This document shows, piece after piece, positions 13,501 through 26,700 of a stretch of DNA of 64,000 nucleotides (positions are counted from its first letter, which is position 1; every line of letters begins with the position of its first letter). A program made the translations under genes and the position numbers. The DNA lies in NCBI RefSeq assembly GCF_036588685.1, contig NC_086380.1, positions 23,870,001-23,934,000 on the forward strand, written 5' to 3'. The notes beneath the pieces are model-generated. The model saw only the letters and a list, made by a program, of their open reading frames with translations, was not told where the DNA came from and did no database searches. Source of the stretch: Mytilus trossulus. Its lineage: Eukaryota.

Positions 13501-16500
13501 TTGACTTTGCACTATAGTACTTCTTCTTCAAAACCAGTCATTAAATAGTTTAAAAAGACCATATCTTAATTCTCTGTTGAAAGAACAATAAGCCAGGATT
13601 AAAACAAATTACCTGTCAGAAATTGGCTGGCATGATTCATGTTTACTAATATGTTTTGATATTATATGTGTGTAAGTTTTGTTTTTTTGCATTTTGCTTT
13701 TGATATTCATGCTTGTATAAAGCAAAATGTCAATAAAAAAGTACCATATATGTTTATCTTTTTATTTTTTTTTATAAACATTCTTATCTTACCAAGAAAA
13801 AAGTATATGTTGCATTTTACTGACATTTTGTTTATGTACATTTTTGTGTCAATTAATATATGATTTGCGTAAAATTTTGAGTTTTATGTAAACTATTTCT
13901 GCATGGCAATTTTTGTGTTTGAAATTCCAATCTGAAATTGATATTGTATATATGTTTGTACATGTACACACAGTATTTTCACTTCATAAATTGAATGTAT
14001 CTTTTTCATCCTTTATAACAAAAATCCATTTATTTTCATTGGCTACATTGATAACAAGCTTTTGCTTATTAATGATTTCCTAAGCAGAGATATTTTTTAT
14101 AGTCTTTTTAAGTAGCATTTAAGACATTATTGCTTTTATTTGTGTGTGAACATCCTTATACAGTATTGCTAATTATAATTGAAGCTTAAATTTCTTGGAA
14201 ACTTTGTCACTTCCACCTTTGGTAGTTTTTCTAGGGATATAGAACAAATATTTCACTTTGTTTAAACTTGGTTGTAATATAATTTGAAATGAGAAAGTAT
14301 TTAGAATGTTTGACTGAATATAGAAAGTCTTCCAAAATACATCAATTATTTGCTTTGTTGGGGAAAACAAATTTTACCAAAATTGTTTTGAATTTTATTT
14401 TTGCATTCTTGCCCTTTTAGTAATTCATGATTTCAAACTTTATTGGATACTGAGTAACATTTTCAAAGCATATAGCAATATTTTGTGATTGGTCAATAAT
14501 TTCCTAAACAGTGGAAAATCAACCAATGGCATAATGTCATTTTCATTTTGATGTTCAATCATAGAAGTTACCCATAATCCTTAGAAATTCTGAAACAGGA
14601 AATTATGGTACAGAATTTTTAAGATAACAGTATTAGATGTTCAGATATAAATACTAATGCTTATGTAAATTTAATAACGCAATACTAATTCATTTCAGTG
14701 TGAATTGCTTACATTTAACATATGAGTTGCTGTTAATATGTATGAAAGTGCAAATGCTTTTAAAATAATTTTGAAATGTGCAGTTGTTTGAATTAAAGTG
14801 ATTTCCCCTCTCATTACTAATTCAAACAGAAAGAAATGTATTGAAACGACTATCAAAGACATTCTATGTAAACATTTAAACATGTCAATACATTTTTTTC
14901 TGAAATAGTCATTGTATTTAGGAGCAGATGATTCATGCTACAGAAACTATCTGATCATTTGTGCTTTTTAAGAGTTGCTTAGAGCCTGATTTTTATTGTG
15001 CTTTTGCATGTTATTTTCAGTTTTACCTCATGGCTTGTACAGAATATCATATGCGTAGTACACAGTGCAGTACTGGTTAGAAGATTGAAAACTTCTTACA
15101 ATTTTCTAGTGCATGCTGAAAGAACTATTAGTTTTCAGGCTGAAATCTCTAGTCGATATGACTGGTTCGTTAGGACTAAAAACCAATTACAACTATTAAG
15201 AATGCTTTAGATAAGATTTTGATTTGTTGTATAGGGCCCGTGGTATAGAAAACCGGAAGACAAATAACGAGCCTGTCGGAGGTTTCTTCTCACATCTAGG
15301 AGAACAATATGTTGTACATCATCTATGGGGTATGTTTTCTCTATAGCATGTGACATCCCCCAGGTACAGTATTGTTCTGTTGTCAATGTCTGCATAAATT
15401 TCAGTCCCATTGCATGTTAAAGAAAATCTAAAAAAATCTTTAGGTTGATTACTGTTGATTCATTTATTTTAGTTGGTAGCAATTTTCGTGGATTGAGGAA
15501 AACTTGTATTTCGTGGATATTTGATTTCGTGGCTTTTTAGAAGTCTGCATAAACTCCTATATACAAAATGTTATTCGTTGGACATTTGAATTTGTGGTTT
15601 TGGGGTTACCACGAAATCTACGAAAATTAGTATCCAACAAATAATAATGAATCCACAGTAATTAAATGGCATGTACTAATCAAAGTTGATAAAATGAAGA
15701 ATTCAGAATGAAATGCACTGTTATTATTGACGAATTAAAACATAAACACTTTATAGCACTGAATTTCAACTTATTAAAAGCACTGTAACTTAAAAAAGTA
15801 TAAGCTTTTAGAACACTTTTATACTAATTTTTTTATCATCTTTAAAAATAACTGTATTATAATGTATATATGATTAATCCAAATCTGAAAAAAAATTACA
15901 TTAATATAACTCTTAGTAATGTTAAATCAACTGTTGAAATCATCAGAAATGCCACATATTTTGATACTGGTAGGCGAATATTTCATTCATATATATGTCA
16001 TTTCTATAAGATCATATTCTAATTCCAGCAAGTCTAATAGCATTAAAACAGAATGAATACTAAGATTCTTATAGTTTTTTTCCTGGTAATATCAAATACA
16101 TGTGCAGCAAGTTTTAGTGACAGAATATACAGTAGTAAATATACGGGGCTAAGTCATTTTTACAGTGTACACTTTTTCCTAGAGGATTTATACAACTTTT
16201 TTGGCAAATAAATATTTTAATACCTCAAGTATCACTAAACCTCAAAAATGTAAAAAGTAAAAGACACATACAGCAAAAGATAAGTGAAAAATTTCACCTA
16301 GTCATATCAGAAATTAATGTCTTGGTAACTGAAATTTGAAATTACAACGCCCTTATTTAGCTATATATGACACTGAATAATTGTCTTTCATGGAATATGG
16401 AAAATTACTTACAATAGTATATAGAAATATATATCATTTAGGGTGAAAGAATAACCATTACTCCATGAATTCTTCTCCAAATTTTAATTTTCAATTTTAA

Positions 16501-17354
16501 CATTTGATCGTCTCAAGAACGGACTACAATTAAAGTTATAAAGTATTCTTCCAATGATCAAAATGTGACTGAATGTAGACTTTTAAAAACAATTGAGGCC
16601 TTGTTTTGTACCTTTCTTCATTAGTCTTTCATTACTGTTGTAGGATATACAGATTTACAGACCCGTAAAGAGACAAGAGAAGCAGCATGGAGCAGACCTG
16701 GCTGGGATGAATGTGTTGCTTACACAGGTAATAAATGGTGCACATGTGGTTGAAGATGAACATAATGTTACTGTTCCATCTTACTGTTGATTCATTATTA
16801 TAAGTTGGATAACACGTTTTGTAAAAAAAATTAAGCAACTGGAAACAACAGATTTAAGTTTTCAATGAATTTCAAACTTTGTTAAATATGAGATAACCCT
16901 CCAACAGAGAACCCATAATGTAGAAGTAAGCAACAATTAGTCATAGTACGACCTTCAACAATGAGCTAAATCCCAACTGTATAGTATGATAAACAATGCT
17001 TAAAAATGAAAATTATCAGAAGAGAAAACAAAGGGCTTGATTAATGTACAAAAAAATGAACAAAAAAATGTGATTTACAGCAACAGAAGATACAAAATGT
17101 CTTTGGGTTAAACATATTTCCTGGCATCCAATCCCTAACTTGGGACAGAAGTGTAACAGCACAACATAAGAACAAACATTACAATCAGTTGAAAAAAAGC
17201 TATAAAACTCATCAGCCTATTTATTATCTATTTCCAAGTTTTCATTGTGAAACCTACACCATTCTCTTAACTATACTTTTCTATTTCAGTGCCATTGATA
17301 AGACATATGCAGTCTAGAATCCTGATACCAACACCTTTCTCACCTCTCCAGTAG
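1500..17354 (+). CDS. NIPSNAP: Protein NipSnap (NIPSNAP1/2-like, mitochondrial), 10 coding exons with two alternatives for exon 8; 301 aa
   Basis: Exons 1500-1588, 2880-3070, 3612-3657, 7615-7706, 8642-8712, 9995-10135, 10704-10735, [12983-13077 or 15235-15329], 16644-16727, 17290-17354. All GT-AG, total 906 nt in frame. Family motifs: [104 protein letters not shown]. The basic, acid-free N-terminus resembles a mitochondrial presequence. Confidence 0.95.
1945..2632 (+). repeat. Interspersed repeat, two copies (GGGACGAAAGAYACCAAAGGGACAGTCAAACTCAT...)
   Basis: A near-identical ~110-nt head occurs at ~1945 and ~2520. Confidence 0.65.
5790..6680. repeat. Degenerate tandem array, ~120-bp unit, ~7 copies
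   Basis: Recurring GAGATCCCCACC..AACCATATATATTCATGTAT.GGACAATATAACAAATCAAATGAAATATAGGG unit. Confidence 0.8.
7731..8041 (+). repeat. High-copy interspersed repeat (AAGAAGATGTGGTATGATTGCCAATGAGACAAC family), near full-length copy
   Basis: Other copies or fragments at ~5735, ~8190 (-), ~16890, ~22560-22870 (-), ~41690, ~45660-45935 (-), ~48320, ~50325-50680 and ~59035. Confidence 0.85.
12983..13077 (+). CDS. NIPSNAP: NipSnap exon 8a (mutually exclusive alternative)
   Basis: aag|G ... G|gtaagt, 95 nt, encodes (W)[31 protein letters not shown](G); phase 2 in, phase 1 out. Confidence 0.9.
15235..15329 (+). CDS. NIPSNAP: NipSnap exon 8b (mutually exclusive alternative)
   Basis: tag|G ... G|gtatgt, 95 nt, encodes (W)[31 protein letters not shown](G); same phases as 8a. 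Confidence 0.9.
15450..15660. mobile_element. TA-flanked MITE (Tc1/mariner-like), TACTGT.GATTCATT...AATGAATCCACAGTA
   Basis: Terminal inverted repeats with TA flanks. Truncated copy at ~16782; a related CTGT-ended family at 25272-25491 and 38343-38539. Confidence 0.7.
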
Positions 17355-19240
17355 GAGAGTTACTCAGGGAGAACGGACAACGTTCAAAGATTGCATTATA
17401 GACTAAACAGTATACAAAAAACACAGAATCTTACAAGTTGTAGGATAGCATGTTTATTTCTTGTTTATAAATTAAAAAGAGTTGATAGAAATACTTGTAT
17501 TGTATATCAGACATTTCAAATGAAAACTTATTTTGTTTTCATTCTGATAGGATTATGATTTTTTGTAAGAAAAAAATATATATAAAAATGTTTTAGGTAC
17601 ATGTATTTGTAAAAATATAATTTCAAGATTATGCAGTTAGACTAGATGATTAACTTATACAGTAGATATTTAAAGATAAATAAAGTCACTGCATTTAAGA
17701 AGCAGAATTCAATAATTAAAACCTGTAAACATGTAGCTGAATTTTAGAAATAGTGATGCCAATCTTGTGGTGTTGATTTGTAGATCACTTTGAAGATTTT
17801 AATGGTTTACTTGACCTTGTCCTCATTTTCATGGTTCGTCAATGTTTTTGTAATACCTGTATAAACCCCTCAATCTCAAAGTTCCAAATGTCGTTCAATC
17901 ACAATCAGTAAAACAGGGAAGACATTTCAATATGTCAATTTTTTTTGTTGATTTTGATATTTCTAGTAAGTTTCTTATGATTCATTGTGACCAGTTAATA
18001 TATTTTTTTTTATAACTACAAAATTCTTTACTTTATATTTTATCAGAATATAAATGTGAATTTGAGATTTTTATAGTATACAAAAAACTCTTTTATTAAG
18101 GGCAAAACTGAATTTGAAATTTGGATAACTTGGTTTTTTTTAAGAAACACTAAACTTGAATGTGAAGGTCTTATAGCACTTTGTTGTATTATTTACATTT
18201 TTGTATGTACGTGTACATGTGTCGTTAGTTCTGGTTAAAGTTTATGTATACCTATAATACAAATACATATGAGAAATGTTATTGAAAATTTTTTTTGGAA
18301 TGAATAAAAACTAGCTGAGCGATTGTATTTGTGAATGGTTTGATTGTTCACCTTATCTGTTTTAATTATGAAGACTAAAGCAGAGTTATCTCCCTGTTGT
18401 TTCATATCTATATCTTATGTTACTGGGTTGTATTTGGTGCATGTTCATTGTGGTTTGTGTTAATGTTCAATTTTCTCTTTTTATTATATTATATGTTTTT
18501 TTTCATGGAATGAAATGAGTTGTTAAATAATACTGTCGGTTTAAAAGTATTGATATTTTACTGAAAATAAAATTATTTAAGATATGGAAATGTATAAGTA
18601 AAATATATAAAATAAATTTAATAAATAAAAAGATAAGTTTACCATATTTATTCTTTTAAAAAAAGAACAATTATGTATAATTGAAAAAACTTATTACAGA
18701 GTTTTATAGAACTTGAGAAAAGTAATTGCAATATATGTAGTATTATTTTTCAAATAAATGCATTTTGTCCATTTAAACTATTCTTTATTTGTAATACTTT
18801 TTTGGTGAAGTTTATTTTAACTGTAAAATGAATTGCAAACAAATTGAAATAATCTTTTAGTATTTAACTAATTGTTTGAAATTATTAAGGACTATGTTGT
18901 ACAGGATTGTTATAAAACTTATCATATTATTGAGTAAAACTCGAACTGTACCTGCTTTTAAACTTACAATTAAAAGACAAAATAAAATGTCTGCCATATT
19001 ATAATACAAATGTATAGTGAAGACTGAGATCTTAAAGCATGAGAAAATTTGAAAATGTTAGAAAATAAAAAATACTGTCTATAGCCACCATATATTGCAT
19101 TAGATCTCACAAAGTCTATGACAGCATTATATAATGATCTATAAACACATCTGTACTCACTTTCTTAGATGTGTGTAATATAGATGGAATATATTTTAAA
19201 ACAATAAATTGTTATTTAAGTGAAAAATCTTGACTTTTTA

Positions 19241-19690
19241 TTATGCCACACATACGATAGTAGAAGGGCATTATGTTTTCTGGTCTGTATGTCCTTTCGT
19301 CCGTTAGTTTGTTCCACTTCAGGTTAAAGTTTTTGGTCGCAGTAGTTTTTGATGAAGTTGCAAGTCCAATCAACTTGAAACTTAAAACAAATGTGCCCTA
19401 TGATATGATCTTTCTAATTTTAATGTCAAGTCAGAGTTTTGACCCCAATTTCACGGTCCACTGAACATAGAAAATGATAGAGCAAGTTTCAGGTTAAAGT
19501 TTTTGGTCAAGGTAGTTTTTGATGAAGTTGAAGTCTAATCAACTTGTAAATTAGTACACATGTGCCCTATGATATAATCTTTCTAATTTTAATGCCATAT
19601 TAGAGTTTTCATCCCAATTTCATGATCCACTAAACATAGAAAAATGATAGTGTGAGTGGGGAATCCGTGTACTATGGACACATTCTTGTT
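19241..19690 (-). mobile_element. HINE/DINE-like non-autonomous Helentron-type element with internal duplication
   Basis: Reverse copy of the 26018-26327 element, with an internal ~175-bp segment duplicated. Confidence 0.65.
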
Positions 19691-19894
19691 TAGTATTCAC
19701 AGCTTTTTTCAATACCCCAAACATTAAAGGAAAACTAACAAAAAAAGGAAGTAGGATTTTAATCAATATATAAGTACCAGAACTAAGATAACTTTTGCTT
19801 TTAGGTTTAAAATCCTTACATGTAATTCTAATTATTGTATATAATATTTTACCATTTTGATTACCATAAGTAAAAGGAGAGAGAACACTATGAC

Positions 19895-20363
19895 AACAAG
19901 TGAAACTGCGGGCTACTGCTCATGATACCCCTGCCGCAAGTGGATAATTTTAAAAGTGTAAAAATATGCAAGTGTTCGGTAAACAGGAAGTTGTTGTGTG
20001 ACAAAGCTGTAAACACATCACACAGTATAGCTGACTTGTATAAATCCTGAAACCAAATTTCAGAAATCCTTGTATTGTAGTTCCGGAGAAAAATGTGACG
20101 AAAATTTTCAACTTGGCTATCATGTATAAAATCATACAAGTGTTTGGTAAACAGGAAGTTGTGGTGCGATGAATCTGAAAAGGCATCACATGGTATAGCT
20201 GACTTATATAAATCCTGAAACCAAATTTTAAAAATCCTTGTATTGCAGTTCCTGCGAAAAATGTGATGAAAAATATTCATGGGACAGAGGGACTGACAGA
20301 CTGATGGATAGACAGACAGAGGTAAAACAGTATACCCCCCTTTTTCATAGCGGGGGTATAAAA
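19895..20363 (+). mobile_element. HINE-like element with internal tandem repeat, (GACA)n and terminal hairpin
   Basis: AACAAG head, two ~175-bp repeats, GACA-type microsatellite, TATACCCCC..GGGGGTATA stem at the end. Confidence 0.65.
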
Positions 20364-20755
20364 AGATGAAGACAAAAAAAAGGTCACTATAATCCATAAA
20401 CAAAAATAGATTCAGCAACAAGGATCCAATCATATCATAAACTAAAGGTAAAATCAAGTGACTAACTAGTATCACCTGTATTGTATGGCTGCTGATTCAT
20501 ATGATTTTACAATTATATTATAGACACTGACACAGTAAGGAAATATCCTTGTCTAAACACAATCAGGCTGGTCAATTATGAGACAAAAGAGAAAAATATA
20601 ATATTGTTTTTTTTTTAATTTCCCATCTGATATTACATGAAAAAATAGTCATCTTTGGGTCTGCATCAACCAATCTATCAATCATCTTACTCTGACAATG
20701 TTTAAAGCTTGTTATTGCACACAAATCCTTCCTCTTTGCTGATGATGATGATTCA

Positions 20756-23700
20756 CTACCTATAGGATACTGGTGGTATGTGTAATTCTTCTTTGAAGTT
20801 ACACAGAAATGGATGGAGCTGGAAAGAAAAATTTCTGATAAATATTCTAATAGTAAAATTATACAACACATATTCTGTTTAAATGGGCCCTGATTAAATT
20901 CAAAAGGTTACACCCAAAAGTAGTCCTCTGTAGAAGATTCTTTTGAGGAAGGATCTTAATTAAAAACAAAGAGGTAACACCCATGTAACAAATATTCTGC
21001 TTCTAAATAATATAAAATATTGTCTGTTAGAAAAGTATTCTAGTATGAATTTATAATTTTGTTTGCTTCCAAAATTTTTGTTCTAGCTTTTGTATACTGG
21101 TACATTTGAAGGGTCTCAAGATATTCAGAATATTTTTATTTCCAGAATAGGATACATATGCTAATTTTTAAGACACAGCATAAAACATAATAGTACATTT
21201 TTATACGACCCAAAAAAAAAATTTGGGATCCTATAATGGTACGATGTCGTCGTCTACGTCGTCTGCGTCGTCCTAAGACACTTTCCGGATAATAACTTTA
21301 GTTTAAGTGAATAGATCTTAATGAAATTTTTTCAGAAGGTTCAATACCACAAAAGGAAGCTTGGGATTGATTTTGGGGATGATGGTCCCACCCGTTTAGG
21401 AATTAGGGGCCCAAAACAAGCATTTGTCTAGTTTCAGGATAATAACTTGTTTACAAGTATTTCAATTGCTCTGAAATTATACCACAGTGTTTAAAATCAC
21501 AAGTAGAAGGTTTGGATTCATTTAATGGGTAATGGGGCCAAAGTTTAGGAATTAAGGGTCAAAAAGGGGCCAACACAAGCATTTTTCTAGTTTCCAGACA
21601 ATAAATGGTGTGTAATTGCATGGATTTCTCTGAAATTGTACCACAATATGAACCATATAAGAAAGGGGGAGCTGGGATTAAGTTTTGGGTTAATTGCCTA
21701 AATATGTAGGAATTAAGGGCCAAAAAAGAAGAATGTTTCTGGTTTCCAAACAATCATGACAATAACTTGTGTTTAAGTGTATGGATCTCTCTGAAATCGT
21801 ACTACAAGGTTCAATATTACAAAGGAAAGCATGGGATCGAGTTTAAGGGTTATTGCTCCAAGGGGGGGGGGGTCAATAAATGGGGGGGGGGGAGGGGTTG
21901 TTTACCATTTTTTTAAGGGATTTTTTTTTTCAACATTTTTCAAATTTCGAATTTTGAAAAGTTTCAAGAAGAAATATTCAGTTGCACAGTATTGTGCAAT
22001 AGATGTGTTAGATCTTTGACCACATTAATGTTGTGGCAAAAACCAATATTAAGTAAAAAATTTGATCACAATCAAAATTCAGACAGTATCAAGCTTGAAT
22101 ATTGTGACCAAATTTGCATCAACTGTTCAAGGTTTGACCACTGGGGTTGTATAAAGCTGCGCCCTGCGGAGCACCTGGTTTCATTAAATATCATTAAATC
22201 AATGTGTTGATAAACTCAAGGCTCTGGAAACAAATATTATGTGATCTACAGTAATATCAGTTTATGAAAAGAATCATCAATAAAGGGAAATAACTCTTTC
22301 TGCACTTCAAACATGAAAAAAGTTTAGATATATTAGCATACTTCTATCTGTTCATTACTGTTTGCCTGTAATCTGTTCAGTTCCATTTCATACTGCTGTA
22401 CTGTACTGTTAGAAAAAATAAAATACATAGGAAAAATAGAAGCCTAAGTCCATAGAACAACATAATTATTTGAATCACCAGCCATTTTGAGAGGCATCTA
22501 AAACATATCACTATTTTTATTCTTATGATGTTTCAACACTATTTTCCAAGGTTTGGGGATGGTTTAGCGGCCAGAAACATGTTTAACCCTGCAATATTCT
22601 TTCTATGCCTGTCCCAAGTCAGGGGCCTATAGTTCATTTGTTGTGTTTGGTTTATGTCTGTCATATTTGTTTTTTTATAAATTGTTTTGTAATAATTTAG
22701 GCTTTTAGATTTCACATTTGAATTATTTCACTATATTCCTGTCAGGACCATTTATATAACTAACATAGGGTGAGGGTCTTTCTCATCATTGAAGGCTGTA
22801 CAGTTATCTATAAGTGCTAATATCCACCACATTAAAGCTCTGGTTGATAATTGTCAATCATAACACCTCTACTTATTTTTTCAATGACATGTATTAGAGT
22901 CCTCCTAGCCAATAGCTAGTTCTCAGAAAAAATAAACATATAAAAGGGTAGCATGGTCTGCCCCCTCCCTCACCCCAGTTATGTTTCTTGATTAATCAAA
23001 GAATTTCCAATTACACCAGGGGAGATAACTTTCTCACTAATAGTTCTGTTAATTCATGGGCAAATTATTACACATTACAAATAGTTGTTAATTCAAGGGG
23101 ACATAATTACACATTACAATTTACGGAAAATCAACATTTCATTGACTATTAAAAAGAATTGTAATATGAAACCAATTAAAACAGGGAGCATACAGAATTC
23201 AATAGTTTTGTTAATCATAAAAATAGTTAATGTGGTTTAGTATAAGAATTAAAAGGTGGAGGCATGTTAAGGCTGTGAACAAATTTGTTTTGCTCAAATG
23301 TACCAAATGTAATAAGAGAAAAAAAAAAGAAATTTGTGACAGAGTAGTCAAGACTGTCTTGTTTTCTAAATAAATGGTAATGTTTTTTTAGAATATCATT
23401 GTCACATGCATTTTGACAGTCCCTGTTTTGTTCATCACATTCTCTAAATGGTTTTGATAAACAAATCTTACTTTTCTTCCTCTCTAACAACTTCTTCTAG
23501 AATTTCTTCATGGTTAGCAACATTCTGCGATTCTCCTGCAGCTAATCTCTAAAATATTTTTCAGAAAGAGTGATATGTTATATAAAAGTACTCTCCCATA
23601 GTATGATAAAAGATTCTATCATTAATGAATAAAATTGAAAACTGGATAATTTTCATTAAATAATTCTTTCAAGAAGAATGAGATATAATATGATGGTTAG

Positions 23701-26700
23701 TTTGCAAGTCAACAGTATGAATTTTGATCTGATTTGACAGGTGTGTTTGATCTTCAGCTTGATTGCCATATTTGACGTTCTGATTTACTTCTGAAGTGTA
23801 GTTTTTACCTGTATCTGTGTAATTTTCTTGATGTCTCCATAACTTTTCACTGGTGCTCTCAGTTTTTTCAACTGATCTTTAATACTGAAAAAAAGAAATC
23901 AGTGACTTAAAATATTAGCCCATCATGTCTAGATCTACATAATGTATTCAATTTAAAGGAAGAGAAATGAGAAATGAAGGGAGACAATTAGTGTTTTTCC
24001 AAAGAAAATTAATATTCAGTTTAGACAAATCTGATTAAAAGTTAAGTAAGAAATTTGATTGATTTTTTAAAAGGCTATTGTTGTTTAATTGCCAATGGAA
24101 AATATTATAAGTATATTCGGGATGAAGTGTGAATATAGGCTGTGACCAACAACACAAAGCAAGTGTTGTTAATAATTCTTGATTTTGTGATAGGGACCCG
24201 ACAAGTTGCCATATATGATAAACAGTATGAACCAGATCTAGATACACCCATCCTATGCATATTGAAATTGATTCAAGAATAAAATGGAATATTGTAGATG
24301 GCATTAAATCAGAATCATAAATATGGATAAGCAGAAAAACTTGCAAAAGGTATTACAGCTTTGAAAAGTTGTCTAAAAATTGATGATTGACGTCCCATAA
24401 CTCTGGAAAGGTCAACGTTTTTTAAAATAATGTAGAGATGCACAGACAAACTTAGGGCATCTACTTAATATTTATATATCATAAAAAGGCATTGATCTAT
24501 ATGAATATGTCTAAGGAATAGACACTAGACTTATATGTTACAAATTGTGGGTGAATAAAGTTCAGTAGTACCAACCCTTTTACTGTTTCAGACAATTTAT
24601 CCTGTAGGTCGTCCACATCATGGCCTTCATTTGTTGCTTTAGACAATATGATTCTAAAAATAAAATTAAAAATTGTATATCTATCATTTTAGTTGATGTT
24701 ACCTGTGGCACAATGTGTATGTTTAATATGCTACACAAGACTACAATGATAGTTTGCATAATCATCAAGACAGAAGAGCTTTCATGAAGTTGTAATTTGG
24801 AAAAAATATAGTGCCAAATTGCCTATGGAATGTTTGGATACCTTCATCATGTTCATAATGTCACACACAAGTGACATCAATAAGATAGTTGATGCTCAAC
24901 ATATTCTAAAAATCATGGTAAGAGTTTGTACAAAAAACATGAAATGGTACACATTTATAACATATGAAATGATCAGCAAAAAAAGTACATTTTTGTGTTT
25001 GAAATACTATTCTTTATCAAATTATGTGCCTGTCCCATGCAAAGATGGGTTTTTTTTGGTAGCAGTCTACAATTAATAAAAGTTCTTTTATAAATAGTCT
25101 TTTTTGTACTGGTCATCAGGCCTACCAAAGCTTACTATATTGTATTGATTTTGCTCATTGTTAAACCATACACTTGATTTAATAAATGTGATGTTAAATT
25201 ACAATGGTAACATAATAATTTTACACATCATTATCTGTACAATGATCTTGATATGAAATAGTGACATTAAACTACTGTTAATTCAGAAATTATTGCATGC
25301 ATTTAATATTGCGATTTTATCATTTAAGACTTAAATGCGATTTTATTTTTTACAATTTTGAGAAAAATCCAGGATTCTTCTTTAATTCATATAAAATATT
25401 TTAAAATGCAAGTTTAAATTATTTGCGTTTAGAACTCTCTTGCATTTTTCGCAATAATCAAAACCTTGCAACAATTTGTGAATTTACAGTATCTTTTTAT
25501 GAAATAGTGGTAAATGGTGATTTATAACTAACCTTACACCTGTTTCTAAACATTCACCGATATATTCTTGTGTTGACTGATGAATTACTTTCCAGTTCTT
25601 GGTTTGCTTCCCAGTAAATGTCTTTTTCTTTACTGAAATAAATGTGGAGAATGTAATTGAAACATCTAGTCTTTGGATACATGATTTTTTTATTAAATAA
25701 TGTATTTATGCTTTAAACTACAGTTTCAGTAACTTAGAGTACTCTCAGATCTGAACCCTGTTCGTGTGTCTATTGTGTTTTTGTTAAGAATAAGATATTT
25801 TATCTTTGTATTAATCTAATAAAAGAAGCCCTGTTCAACTGATTTTAAAATTTTGTTCCAGTGTTGTACTGTACCATCATGTTCCCAGGTTAGGGTGAAG
25901 GTTTGGCACCAGCAAACATGTTTAAACACCCCCTGTAAGGCTGTAACTGCAATTCAGTGGTAGTACTTTGTTGCTGTTTATCAAATTTGTATTTCATTTA
26001 TTGTCTATTTTAAATACAACAAGAATGTGTCCTCAGTACACGAATGCCCCACTCGCACTATCATTTTCTATGTTCATTGGACCCTGAAATTGGAGTAAAA
26101 TCTCTAATTTAGCATTAAAATTAGAAAGATCATATCATAGGGAACATGTGTACCAAGTTTGAAGTAGATTGGACTTCAACTTCATCAAAAACTACCTTGA
26201 CCAAAAATTTTAACCTGAAGCGGGACAGACGGACGGACAGACGGACGGACGGACGGACGGACGGACAGACAGACGCACAGACCAGAAAACATAATGCCCC
26301 TCTACTATCGTAGGTGGGGCATAAAAATCAAGTGGTTAGGTTTTGCTTATTGTTGAAGGCTGTATTGTGATAAATAGTTTTTAACTTCTAAAATTTTTAA
26401 AACATATAGACCTCAGGCCGACCTTAAAAATATGTTTGTTTGCAGTTTTCCGACTGTACCTACAGACTAGAGGGTCGGTAGGTAGGAAAAATATTTTATT
26501 TTATCAGCCAAAAAGTTTAAACAAGCAGTTACACAAACCAAGTTTCTTAAAAAAAAAACAACCAAGAAACACTGAAAACCAACATGAAATGAATATAGGC
26601 ATTGTCAGATAAAAAAAAACTTTTTGACCAAAACTGAAACTTTAACATAGTGTGATTATCCAATTTATGACATAAAATATGTTCTAATTATATTGAGACT

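Noticed and set aside
14998-15210. Third NipSnap alternative exon (RTKNQLQLL resembles RKNQILL)
   Set aside because: No similarity to 8a/8b, no matching phase or donor, and it ends in a stop; the resemblance is too short.
19888-20475. 195-aa ORF on the minus strand
   Set aside because: It lies within a tandemly repeated HINE-like element, and its internal peptide repeat mirrors the DNA repeat.
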